A stretch of DNA of 64,000 nucleotides, from assembly GCA_963709405.1 (NCBI GenBank), contig CAVPXM010000055.1, positions 352,001 to 416,000 on the forward strand, written 5' to 3'. Every line of letters starts with the position of its first letter. The first letter of the stretch is position 1. The translations under genes were made by a program, and so were the position numbers. This stretch comes from an uncultured Nitrososphaerales archaeon (lineage in GTDB: Archaea > Thermoproteota > Nitrososphaeria > Nitrososphaerales > Nitrososphaeraceae). This document shows positions 44,949 through 56,002 of this stretch, piece after piece. The notes under the pieces are model-generated. The model did not search any database, had not been told where the DNA came from, and worked only from the letters and a program-made list of their open reading frames with translations.

Positions 44949-45204
44949 ATGCCAGTGTACCTCGATGTCCATAAAGTTACCTTTTAAAGAAAATCAGCTG
45001 AGAGAGTTAGTGAAGGATCCCGCGGACGAGTTTGGCGTCAGGCATGTTAACCTTTTCTACAACAGGGAAGCCAGCGTATGTTTCTGCCTTCTCGATGCCC
45101 CCAATAGAGAAGCTGTTGTCAAGCATCACGATAAGGTAGACATTCAATGTGAATGGATTACAGAGGTGACGATGGCCAGTGGAGAACAGTTCTCCCCCAA
45201 GTGA
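44949..45204 (+). CDS. DUF4242/SCO4226-like small metal-binding protein, frameshifted at the 5' end
   Basis: MPVYLDVH, then FCLLDAPNREAVVKHH...ITEV; net +1. Confidence 0.85.
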
Positions 45205-45355
45205 TAACCCAGTAACTACAGAATGCATAGTCTTTGCTCTATAGCGAATCAACGATCCCGGGAATGGAAAAGATTCAATATAACGTTGTTACCCCCTATA
45301 AAAAAAGTGCGTCCCTCGCCTACTTTATGATAAGACGCAGGTATTAGGCTCGGAG

Positions 45356-45634
45356 TCAATTATCTTGCTTTCCTAGACCGCTTGAGTTTAAATATCCCGG
45401 ATCATAACACATATCATCTTTGTACCTTATGGTGTCCCATTCTATAAAATCGTGAACGTCAAACTCGAGAGTCTTGAAATTATTTAATTGCACGGTTACA
45501 GTATGCCTCTGGTAGTTATACAAAAATTTTGAAGCTTTGGCCAATCCCCGGTCCAGGTGACAGAATTCTAAATATCTGGAGAAAATTTTGTGAAGGTGTT
45601 CCTCGCCTGTTTTGCACTTGCATAAGAGAGACAT
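45356..45634 (-). CDS. Hypothetical protein
   Basis: ORF with an N-terminal CxC..H.H cluster. Confidence 0.55.
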   Translation of the reverse strand: MSLLCKCKTGEEHLHKIFSRYLEFCHLDRGLAKASKFLYNYQRHTVTVQLNNFKTLEFDVHDFIEWDTIRYKDDMCYDPGYLNSSGLGKQDN

Positions 45635-45921
45635 GATTGTTTACGTTTATTCAGACTCATTTCTTACATAAAAAGACAAGTCATAACCAATTATTACAAA
45701 TAACAATCTCACAGAATGCATTAAAGGTCAATTTATGATCATGACGTTGTGAAGCTGAGATCAGCATATAAGGAAATGCTTTTTACATGATTCAAGTATC
45801 ATACATACTGGTACCTATTCATTAATTCGCAACACCTCCTATAACCATTTGACTTCTAGTGTCTGTGACAGACAACAAATTGGAGATATATGAAAAGCGC
45901 CCTTTGAATACCAGTAAAAGA

Positions 45922-46425
45922 CTATTTTCTGAAGAGTTTGAGCACCTTAATCATTATATTGATTGAAGCTGCTGACAATATCCATGACATCATAGTGCTA
46001 GCTACAGCTGCTTGATAGGGAGCTAAAAAGGCCATTTGAAGCATCTGGTAGCCAATCAAAACCTTTGATGAGGAGTATATTACTTCAGATACGGAGAAAG
46101 TTGCTAGTAATTTTTTTACATCACTTTTAATCCTATCAACTTTTCTCTTTCCTGTAGTTGGATCTAAATATCGAAATTTGTTATCACGATAATAAAGCAA
46201 TGCGAATAGAGGGAAGAAAACTGAATATTCAGTAGCTAACGATAAAACAGAAGTTGTAAAATTGTTGGTATATCCATAATGTAGAGCGTAGACTTGGGTT
46301 AATATACTACCCACAATTAGCGATGCTATGCCAGACAATACTATATTCTTATTGAAGAATATTACATCTCTATATCTATGGTAAAGACACTGAAGTTTGG
46401 TCCTGCCGTTGATTTCACTTTCCAT
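45922..46425 (-). CDS. Small 4-TM membrane protein (GtrA-like)
   Basis: Four hydrophobic segments. Confidence 0.7.
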   Translation of the reverse strand: MESEINGRTKLQCLYHRYRDVIFFNKNIVLSGIASLIVGSILTQVYALHYGYTNNFTTSVLSLATEYSVFFPLFALLYYRDNKFRYLDPTTGKRKVDRIKSDVKKLLATFSVSEVIYSSSKVLIGYQMLQMAFLAPYQAAVASTMMSWILSAASINIMIKVLKLFRK

Positions 46426-47053
46426 TTGCTAAATTACGCACTCTCTCAAGTTTGTAGGTACGATAATGTTATTCATCAAAAACATCGCCACTAACATCTC
46501 ATATCGCAATGTCATATTTTAACATTATTCGAATGGCACAATATATATCTTTGAGAACTTCTTGTGTTTTTGCTCCAAAAATGGGAGCTCTACTATGGAA
46601 TATGTTCGATGCATTTCTATGTATTTCGTGAAGGAGGATATTCACAGATTGGGTCTAATGTATCTTTCAAATGCCGCCGGTTACTGTTAATTGAATTGAA
46701 TGAAGACCGAATTTGTGATATAATATGATGATGAAGTAATACTTCTACGATAGTAATACAACCAAACAAGCTTGAATTGGGATAGACACTATCAATGGGA
46801 TTCCAGTCAACACTCAAGAAAGAGATAACTCGACGAGCTTATTATGAGATTTTAAGTCAGGCATAAGTGGAGGTAGTGTCGTAAGCAAATTTATTGGGGC
46901 ATAATCTATTGGTTGAAGTCGAAAGCAAGGCTTCAATCCTTCTATAAATCGCTGTTTTGATCTTACTTTGATACGAAAAATAATCTAGATTTTGACTTGT
47001 AAGATAGATAGTGTGGAATATATATGAGATTGTATCTTAAATTTAATACATTA

Positions 47054-47185
47054 TTGGAAGACGGGAATAGTAACAAAAATGTAAATAATACAAAACGCAG
47101 GACTACAAAGAAAGGAATTATACTGACTGGCATAATAGTTGCGGGGATTATTCTCGCGAGCTTTTTGGTGTATCTAGTACCATAG
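47054..47185 (+). CDS. 43-aa membrane mini-protein (below the ORF-track cutoff)
   Basis: TTG start; ...KRRTTKKGIILTGIIVAGIILASFLVYLVP*, basic N-terminus plus one TM helix. Confidence 0.55.
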   Translation: MEDGNSNKNVNNTKRRTTKKGIILTGIIVAGIILASFLVYLVP

Positions 47186-47344
47186 ACCGAGCATCAGATA
47201 CTGGCTGTATTTAGGACGTTTACAGTGTGACTTTCAGTCTACGTCAAATTGTTGTGTGCGAATATAGTGTGACAATAGTGTGAAATTTCTTCATTCAGAT
47301 AATAATAGACAAAATAAATAATACACAAATACATCGTCCATATC

Positions 47345-47743
47345 TTGTATTATAAATTGGCTGGAGCCAATAATTTTGCCATCGAGAAGTCCAAGTCTGA
47401 GCGGTGCGTAGAATGGATGAACGCTTACTCCAAGAAGCAAAATAAGAAATTTGAGGCAACCCTTAGCGGAGACCATTTGACAACAAAAAATTTTGGAGAT
47501 TTCGAAATGATATCTTGGAAGGGCGAGTGGTCATTTGCTCGACAGATCGTCGTTAGAGCGAGCAGCAAGGTAGGAGCAAAGGTTATCGAAGCAGGATACC
47601 ATAAGAAGGGCAATCTCATCCAGGGATTTTTTGGGCTAAACCAGGAATTTGCAAAAGTCTATAGCAATGGGACATTTATTGGGAATATTATATTGGGGAC
47701 GAAATCCGGAAAATGGATCGCCAAGTTTGAAAAGCTGGGATAA
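47345..47743 (+). CDS. Conserved hypothetical protein
   Basis: Clean, protein-like ORF. Confidence 0.7.
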   Translation: MYYKLAGANNFAIEKSKSERCVEWMNAYSKKQNKKFEATLSGDHLTTKNFGDFEMISWKGEWSFARQIVVRASSKVGAKVIEAGYHKKGNLIQGFFGLNQEFAKVYSNGTFIGNIILGTKSGKWIAKFEKLG

Positions 47744-47945
47744 GACCCCCATCGTTTCACTGCAAGCCTTGTTTGCATTCTACCCACTACTCTAAATCAC
47801 TAATTAAACAAGAAAGGTATATAGCGACACGAATTTTCGACATTCTCCCATTACCCTTTCTATAGTTTTGTCCGAGCCTTAAAAAGCAGAAGGTAATTAG
47901 TGTGGTTATAATTTCTTTGTTCTTAAAATATATGCTTAATCTAAT

Positions 47946-48350
47946 CTACTCTGCCTTTTTGAGTAGGAGACCATGCCTCTCATCAAAACCTGTAACCCTG
48001 ACTTTTGAGCCTATTGGCAAATCGTTTGAAGTTGAAATATTACTTAAGAAACCGGATGCTTTTATGGGTTCGTCTTTCAATTTAAATACGACCCAGGCGT
48101 ACGACCCAGCGTCTTCAAAGCCCTCTGGTGCAACAGCCAGTATTGTATAAGTGACTACAGTTCCTACTCCATCCAACTCTACAAACTTGAAAGAATTTTT
48201 GCCGCATTTCTCGCAAAAATATACGGTTTCAAGCATATAATGACCATCATATGTACACTGGTTAGCGAGTATCTTTCCATTTATAGCAGATTTGATAAAT
48301 TTATCGCGGACACTATAATTGTCATTCTTTCCCTGTTTCATATCAGACAT
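47946..48350 (-). CDS. DUF35 Zn-ribbon/OB-fold thiolase partner
   Basis: C..DGH...CEKCG and GTVVTYT motifs; directly downstream of the thiolase. Confidence 0.88.
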   Translation of the reverse strand: MSDMKQGKNDNYSVRDKFIKSAINGKILANQCTYDGHYMLETVYFCEKCGKNSFKFVELDGVGTVVTYTILAVAPEGFEDAGSYAWVVFKLKDEPIKASGFLSNISTSNDLPIGSKVRVTGFDERHGLLLKKAE

Positions 48351-48352
48351 AC

Positions 48353-49517
48353 TCAGTGCTGAACCTTCCTAAAAATATGAACCGCGAGCACTGGCACCAG
48401 TGGCTCCAAAGTTATGCGTTAATGCTATCTCGGCATCCTTTATCGTTCTTTGTCCAGCTTTGCCAGTAAATTGCTCGAAGACTTCTACCACTTGTCCTAT
48501 ACCTGTCGCACCTATCGGATGACCCTTAGCCTTTAAACCTCCAGATGGATTTATGGGAATCTTTCCAGTCAATCTTGTATCACCATTCTTTACCCGTGCG
48601 GCAGCTGTACCCTTCTCAAAAAATCCGAGATCCTCGGTGTCGATTATCTCGGCAATTGTAAAACAATCATGGACTTCAGCAAAGTCTATATCACGCGGGG
48701 TAATGCCGGCCATCTTATATGCTTGCTTTGCTGCATTGACTGTACTTGGTATGGTCGTAATATCCTCTCTACCTTGTATAGCTGCAGGGGAAGCACCTCT
48801 TCCCGAACCAATTATTTCGATATAAGGCCTACCTGTAGACTTTGCAAATTTTTCATTGCACAGTATAAGAGCAGATGCCCCATCTGAAAATGGACAGCAA
48901 TCATAGAGCTTCAATGGAGACGCTACAACAGGAGATTTCATTACATCATCAATTGTTATCTTTCTTCTAACATGCGCTTTTGGATTGAGCATTCCATTAT
49001 CATGGTTTTTCACAGCAACGTAGGCAAGATCCTCCTCGCTGGCTTTGTATGTGGAAAGATAGGCTCGAGCAATTGAAGCGAACAGACCTGGAAAAGAAGC
49101 GCCATTACCACCTTCGTAAAAAAAATCAGAACAATATGAAAAGAGGGTGGTACTTTGGGTGGTTCCAGTATGTGTTATTTTTTCGACTCCTACCGCAAGA
49201 AGACAGTCATAAAATCCCGCATAAACATTAGCAAATGCTTCTCTAAGCATCACGGATCCCGACCCACAGGCCGACTCGATTGTTAGGCCAGGAACATAGG
49301 GGATTCCCAAATTACTCATGATTACCGGCGCGATATGGACTTGCTTGTCAGCCGCGCCAAAAACATTAGAAATATAGCCTGCCTCAATATCCTTTGGCGT
49401 GATACCGGCTGAAATTATCGCTTCCCTAGACGCATTCAAAGCTAACTCTATAATGCTTTCGTTTAGCTTTCCGTATCTAGTACTACCTGCCCCTAGAACG
49501 CAGACCTTATTTGTCAT
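48353..49517 (-). CDS. Acetyl-CoA acetyltransferase (archaeal thiolase); +1 shift in the last codons
   Basis: ESACGSG, DCCPFSDGA, EVHDCF, NPSGGLKAKGHPIGATG and HNFG motifs. Confidence 0.95.
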
Positions 49518-49929
49518 ATCCGAAAAAATACATTTTTGGATATAAAAACGTTAGAGGCAACTTGCAAGTTAGAGTTTATTAAAGTCGTTCAGTAACCTAT
49601 TTGGCTTGATCGGAATGGTAAAATCTACCTTCATGAGATTTTTCCAAAGTATTTATCTCCGCGGCGAGATTAAAAGAAGCAAACAGCTATAGTAGGCTAT
49701 TAACAAACACATTATAAGAGACCTATCATCATAGTCGCGTATCAATTTCATCGCCTGCTTACTCAAAGCCGAGAATGAAAATATGAAATTAGCGTACAAG
49801 ACCAACCAAGATGAAGGCGACAGAGAGGCAACATTTCTGTGGTGTGCATAAAGATAACGCATAGCCATCATCGGATTATTGCGATAGACCTAACTGAGAA
49901 TTCGATGATGTCCATTTAACCAAGCCGGT

Positions 49930-50805
49930 CTAGCTAAAAATATCTAAATCATTTCTATACACATCCGTACGGCGATTTTCAAGCAACGGAAGTGAAGCTC
50001 TGACTTCTTTAATTCTTGATATGTCAATTTCAATAATTTCCATACCTTCTCTGTTTCCCATATCCAACAGAACTACGCCAAAGGGATCTATAATCATACT
50101 TCTTCCAGAATATATATTCCCGACCTGGTCTGGCGCTATTACAAAAGATCCATTTTCAATCGCTCTAGCTTTAAGCATCGTCTGCCAATGTTCTTCTTTC
50201 ATTATTCCGTGAACCCATGCTGATGGAACAATAAACACGTTAGCGCCATTTCCTGCCAATATCCTTGACATTTCAGGGAATCTGATATCATAGCAGATCA
50301 TAATGCCTATCGAAGCAGATCCCAATCTAGTAGGTCGATTGATTTTGTCACCAGCGATGAATTTGGCCGACTCTTTGAAACCTAGAGCATCGTATAGGTG
50401 GAGCTTTCTGTATATCGAGGAGATTTTTCCTCTCCGATCTATGATTACAGCGGTGTCATGTACTCGATGCTCAGCAATGTTGTCAGGTTTCTCATATATC
50501 GTTGCGATTACGTGAATATTGTTAATTCGCGCTGCGTGGCGAAGCTCCGAGATAAATTTTCCTCCCTTGACCGTTTCTGCTGTCTTAGCCAAGGTCTCCA
50601 CGTCTTGTTCTACCGGCGAAAAGCTCATTAGAAATTCTGGAAAACAGATAGCAGTAGCTTTACCAGCCGCTGCGCGACTTATGTACTCTATAGATGCGCT
50701 TAAATTTTCGACCTTCAGCTCTGATGATTTCATCTGCACGACTGCGACTTTACAAATCTTCACCAAAATTCTTGGATCGATAGCATTGGCTAAACTAAAA
50801 AGCAT
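49930..50805 (-). CDS. Carbon-nitrogen hydrolase (Nit1-like)
   Basis: FPE, YRKLHLYD, ICYDIRFPE and ARAIEN motifs. Confidence 0.93.
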   Translation of the reverse strand: MLFSLANAIDPRILVKICKVAVVQMKSSELKVENLSASIEYISRAAAGKATAICFPEFLMSFSPVEQDVETLAKTAETVKGGKFISELRHAARINNIHVIATIYEKPDNIAEHRVHDTAVIIDRRGKISSIYRKLHLYDALGFKESAKFIAGDKINRPTRLGSASIGIMICYDIRFPEMSRILAGNGANVFIVPSAWVHGIMKEEHWQTMLKARAIENGSFVIAPDQVGNIYSGRSMIIDPFGVVLLDMGNREGMEIIEIDISRIKEVRASLPLLENRRTDVYRNDLDIFS

Positions 50806-50932
50806 TTCTCCTGATTCTCGATTTGTTACAATCGAGAAGCATCATAGGTGCAAATACCGCTTACGACCGAAACACTAGTCAATTCTGAGATGACGTTTAA
50901 AAAAATTGTCGTCAAGGAATTGACTATCTTGA

Positions 50933-51755
50933 TCATGGACTGTGAAATACAAAGATAAAAAAACTAGAAATCGCTGCTCCGATGAACGACCCGAGGATAT
51001 TAACCACATTATTATCAATAAATCGTAATCCTGCATGCTGAATTGTGCTGACATTACAGTGGACAATCTTTCTCTCAGAGTATTTATTACATATTGTACA
51101 TCTATACTTACATTGTAAGGTCTCTCCCAGGGCGCTATCAACGTTAGTAGACAAGACACCTGACGTTATGCATGCGACAACGATTACTGCAAACTGACTC
51201 ATTTCCCTGGAAAATAGCGCACCGCAAACTGTCCCGATTATTAGCGAACCTACAATCGCAGCGATCTCGCCTCGCAACGTAACTCCACCTGAATGTCCTC
51301 TGAGGATCGTCCTTCCAGTTAAGATAGATCTCGGAGTGGATTTACTTAACAGTCCAACCTCAGTTGCGAGTGTGTCGCCCAGTGCGAAAGCTAGGGAACC
51401 CGCGAAGCAGAATAAATACACATTATTATTTCCTGAAACATAATAAATTATTGCAAACAATGCAGATGGTCCTCCATTAGCTAAGACGCTAGGCCAGCCC
51501 CTTGCTCCTCTATTCCTTTCTGAAAAACCGCCCTCTTCCTTTTGCTTATATTTGTGTTTAGTAAAGTATGACGCAGTAAGGAAGAAGGAAAGTAATGCTA
51601 AAAACCATGCGACACCGCCGAACAATAGGGTGACGAATCCAATCGGTACTGCGAGCAAAGGCACCATAAGCATCAATCGCATTGATCCTGTAAGCAAAAA
51701 TCGTCAGAGCAACCATCAGCAAAAGCCAACCTGCTGACTGGTCCAATGGCAGCAT
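50933..51755 (-). CDS. DUF92/TMEM19 membrane protein, frameshifted near the 5' end
   Basis: RGWPSVLANGG, DTLATEVG, SGGVTLRG, DSALG.TLQ and DNNVVN motifs. Confidence 0.9.
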
Positions 51756-52022
51756 ACAGTTACTGTTATTCCCTCCTATACATATGCTTCAATTTTGAGA
51801 CCGAACACCTACCGAACCCTAGTGCTCGTCAAAGATTGTAGTTGATACCTTCCCTCATTCGTGCCATAATGCTCTTTATCCTTACATCGGTTGAATTAGT
51901 GTTTGATTAGAATGCAAATTGTCTAATTCTGACAGATCGCTGTTTCAAATGTAAAACGCCATCGAATCTAAGATTTCGAATCTGAAGCCTGGTTTCAAGA
52001 AAATTCATAGAAAATACTAAAT

Positions 52023-52739
52023 GTGTTTTCATTGTACTCTTTTTGGATATTTTTGGAGATTCTAGACAACATTTCCTTATTTGACCTGAACAAACGAGTG
52101 ATCGCTTGTAATTTGTGCCCTCGTCTTATGCAATACTCTGTCTACATTGGAAGAAAAAAGACCAAACGTTTTGTAAATGAGCAATATTGGTCAAGACCTG
52201 TCCCAAGCTTCGGAGATCCAAAAGCCAAAGTACTTATAATTGGCTTAGCACCCGCCGCTCATGGCGGGAATAGAACCGGGCGAATGTTTACTGGAGATAG
52301 CTCGGGAGATTGGCTGGTAAGGGCATTATTCGAGTCGAAGTTTGCAAATATGCAAACTAGCAATCACAGGGATGACGGACTTGTACTGAATGACATTTAT
52401 GTCACTTCGGTCATAAGATGCGCACCTCCCAAAAATAGGCCTCTTGGATCTGAAATAGAAAGCTGTTCAAGATATCTTTTGAACGAATTGGAAATCTTGA
52501 AATCGGTCCAGATCATTTTAACCCTAGGCCGAACCGCTTTTCATACCTATTGTAGGGTTTGCCACTTGAAGTCGCTCACATTTAGTCACGGCAAGTCATA
52601 TTCTATTGACAAGAACAAAACCCTTGTTGCGTCGTACCATCCTAGCAGGCAAAATACCAATACCAGGCGGCTTAGCTGGAAGATGTGGATAGATGTATTC
52701 CACACACTAAGGTCGTTATTGAGGTCTGATGGCAAATAA
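52023..52739 (+). CDS. Uracil-DNA glycosylase family 5 (UdgB-like)
   Basis: GLAPAAHGGNRTGRMFTGD and SYHPSRQNT motifs. Confidence 0.95.
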   Translation: MFSLYSFWIFLEILDNISLFDLNKRVIACNLCPRLMQYSVYIGRKKTKRFVNEQYWSRPVPSFGDPKAKVLIIGLAPAAHGGNRTGRMFTGDSSGDWLVRALFESKFANMQTSNHRDDGLVLNDIYVTSVIRCAPPKNRPLGSEIESCSRYLLNELEILKSVQIILTLGRTAFHTYCRVCHLKSLTFSHGKSYSIDKNKTLVASYHPSRQNTNTRRLSWKMWIDVFHTLRSLLRSDGK

Positions 52740-52974
52740 GTTCGTATCAGAATTAAAAATTAATGGATTGTCAATTCATTTATCAAAAGACGATTAGGAC
52801 AAATTCTGCCCTTCGAAGCTGAATTCCAATGATTGACGATCTTGGAATCAGTGATATACAGAAATATCCGATCACGCTTAATCGATAATTTAAGAATTTA
52901 TAATATGTTAATATCTCAAAACAATTGAGGGAATGTTAGGCTCGAAACTCATTGCAAGTAATATTTCTAGTAAA

Positions 52975-53976
52975 TTAGGCTAGGTAATTTGGTTTTGGCA
53001 GCATTCCGGTTTCAAAGTCCTTTCGCTCCTCATTCCTTATCACAATTTCTTCAAAATACCTAATAATAGTAACTTCGGAGATCTTAGGTATCACAATTTC
53101 TTTGTCTTCAATGAGATCTAGTAACAGCGAGGGAAAATTTACTCCCGCCAGTGTTGCAAAAATTGTTCCTCCTCCCATTCTAGGATTGACTTCGACGAGC
53201 TTCAGAGTTCCTTCTGAAGATTCTTTCATCTGAATACAGCATGGTCCTCTTATCCTTATACAGCGGGCAATCTCCAAACAATTCTCCTCAAGTTCTATGT
53301 CGCGCACAATTTTACCTTTAGTTGAAATTCCTGCCTTCGTTTGGATCCTGATCCTAGGAACGGCTATCAAGGGTTTTTCATTCAGATCGCTTAATACGTC
53401 TATGGTATATTCTGTTCCTGGAAGAAACTCTTGATATATCAAATCATTCATTTTCGATGAAATGTATTTTAGTTCAGATTCATCGTCTATTTTCATAATG
53501 CCACGACTTCCTTTACCAAACCTAGGCTTTGCGATAATTGGAAATTGCTCGACATGGCCAGGTTCGTCAGTAGTTTTAGGGACCGAAAAATCATGACGCA
53601 AATATTGATAGGTTTGCATTTTGTCACGGCATATTTCAAGGCTCTTTCTATCGCTAACTATAGCATGAACGCCCATTTCCAGGAGCCGTTCTCGATTTTC
53701 GCTGTATGGATATATGTCGAATCCCGATGTGGGCATAAGAACCTGAACTTTATGCCTTTTAATTATTTCTAATAGCCTCTCCACGAATAAACGATCATCA
53801 GCTTCAGGAATCACCTCGTTAAAATCTGACATGAAAAAGCCTGCTGAAAGATAGCTTGAATCGGTGGCTACGATTTTGCCCTTGTATTCAGCCATTCTTA
53901 ATGACTTAATTGCATTAATGCCCGCGGGTGCGGCTGCGCCAGGAATGAGTACGACGGATATTTCTGGGCTAGCCAA
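52975..53976 (-). CDS. ATP-grasp ligase (CPS-like/PylC-like)
   Basis: CRDK, KPRFGKGSRG, QEFLPGTEYTID and EVNPRMGG motifs. Confidence 0.9.
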   Translation of the reverse strand: MASPEISVVLIPGAAAPAGINAIKSLRMAEYKGKIVATDSSYLSAGFFMSDFNEVIPEADDRLFVERLLEIIKRHKVQVLMPTSGFDIYPYSENRERLLEMGVHAIVSDRKSLEICRDKMQTYQYLRHDFSVPKTTDEPGHVEQFPIIAKPRFGKGSRGIMKIDDESELKYISSKMNDLIYQEFLPGTEYTIDVLSDLNEKPLIAVPRIRIQTKAGISTKGKIVRDIELEENCLEIARCIRIRGPCCIQMKESSEGTLKLVEVNPRMGGGTIFATLAGVNFPSLLLDLIEDKEIVIPKISEVTIIRYFEEIVIRNEERKDFETGMLPKPNYLA

Positions 53977-55113
53977 CGGACATTACCAAGAAGTACTCTG
54001 TGTTTAACGATATAATAAATATTTATATAAAGAGTTATTGGACCATGTTAACTGGAATAGTGGGTAGATATCGCTAGCAATCTCATGCTTAGATTAGGAG
54101 CAATCTTTTCATTAGATTCCTTAAGTTGAACAGCACCGTTATTTGCTGGCTTTTTAGAAAGCATGCTTTTGATAGATTCCTTCAAGGCTTTTTAGAAGTA
54201 AAACTCAGGGATATTGAAGGAATCCGAGTATGTTAGATTAGCATATACATTATATTGCGTTCTGAGAAATTCCAAGGTACCACCGTTTTTTCATCGAAAG
54301 AGCAACCATGTGTTTAATGCATAGCAGCATCTGGTCTCGCTGACTGTACGACGGTACGCGGGTAAGAGGTATAGAATGTTTGTAAAAGTGTTGATAGAAG
54401 CATATTATCGAGACAGTTCTTCAGATATCCCATATTTCACACTTTGCTTCTCTTCAGAGCCTTGCCCAAGAATAAGTGTGGTACACTAGATATACATATT
54501 TGCAGGGATAGGTAGACTCGACTGAATTCAAGGTTATACAGGCATCACCACAATTCTATACTGAGAGAACTGAACTGAGAAGAAAAATGAGATATGAAAA
54601 TTAATTAACGATAGGTGCTGAGTTGGTCCAACAGATAATCTGTAGGTTTAAAGATAAGACCAGCTTCGACAAGATACGATAACATTGATTTCTGGTCAAG
54701 TATAACAAGGACATCAAATATCCTTCCATTATCTGTTGTTACGGGTGACAATGGAGTTGAGGGTAGTGAAGATAATCATCTTTTGATAAGATAAGCTTCG
54801 GATGTATTAAATGTAATCACAGATCGATTTGAAGATCTGCTGATATGAAAGACGCATGGTAAGTATAGGAAACAAATGAAGCGCGGCCAAATTGTTGTAC
54901 AATTAACGAAACAAGGATGAAACCATAATATCAGTCATAAAAAGTTGTCTGGAGAACATATAACACCGAAGATAGTAAGAACACAAAACAGGGAATTATC
55001 ATTCGAATGCATAGCCTCCAAAACCCAGAGATTAACTAAGTTTTCTATAATTACATGGTTTCTACAAGACCTTATTTGGTGTTACATTTAAGACTCGCTA
55101 AAGCTGTGATGGG

Positions 55114-55752
55114 TTGGGGAATAAAATGGTTGTAGACACTTCAGCAGATTATCATATTCATTCAAACTACAACGATCACTCCGATTCTGATCTCACCATC
55201 AATAATGTTATACACTTCGCAGAAAAAAATGGTTTAAAAAAAATCGCGTTTACTGAACACGTTAGAAGAAGTTCTGATTGGATTCCAAAATATTTAAACG
55301 AGATTCAGATATGTGCCAGAAATTCGCCTCTAGAAATCATACCTGGGTTCGAGGCAAAAATTCTATTGAATGGAAATATCGACTGTCCAGATGAATATCG
55401 GAGCAAATACTTTCTGGTTGCCAGTTTTCACACAGTTTTTGGAGACAAAGAGCGTTGGATCACTGCTCTCAAATCAGCCATTAGAGATCCCAGTGTAGAT
55501 GTAATCGGCCATCTGGCTCCCGAACCCAGTTTCAAGATTATTGAGGGTGAGATATATTCTATAGCAGAAGAAATAGTGCAAAATCGTAAGATCGTTGAGC
55601 TAAATGCCAAATACCGTAGACCGCCTTTAGACTGGATAATATCCTTTAAGAACAGTGGAGTCAAATTCCATTTGGGCAGTGACGCTCATAGTCTCACGTC
55701 CATAGGACGCTTTGATCAGATAGCTAATCTCATCGCTGCGGTTGATGAGTAG
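55114..55752 (+). CDS. PHP domain phosphoesterase
   Basis: DYHIHS, TEH, GH and GSDAH metal ligands. Confidence 0.9.
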   Translation: MGNKMVVDTSADYHIHSNYNDHSDSDLTINNVIHFAEKNGLKKIAFTEHVRRSSDWIPKYLNEIQICARNSPLEIIPGFEAKILLNGNIDCPDEYRSKYFLVASFHTVFGDKERWITALKSAIRDPSVDVIGHLAPEPSFKIIEGEIYSIAEEIVQNRKIVELNAKYRRPPLDWIISFKNSGVKFHLGSDAHSLTSIGRFDQIANLIAAVDE

Positions 55753-56002
55753 CGATATAGTGGGAATATTATAAAGTCTGTGCAAAATATGTCTTTTAGC
55801 CGCTTACTTTACATAGATAATTTGTAAAATTTAGTTGGATATTCTACTATCGCTTTGTTATGGGTAGTTTCTCAGTGATAATCGTAGAAGATTTTCTACT
55901 CTTACAAACATTAAAATTGCTTAAATTAGTGGCGATTGAAAATCGTATTGTAAGTGATTACTTGACAAAGTACAAATGTTTGAACGGAAATTTATATAGC
56001 AG

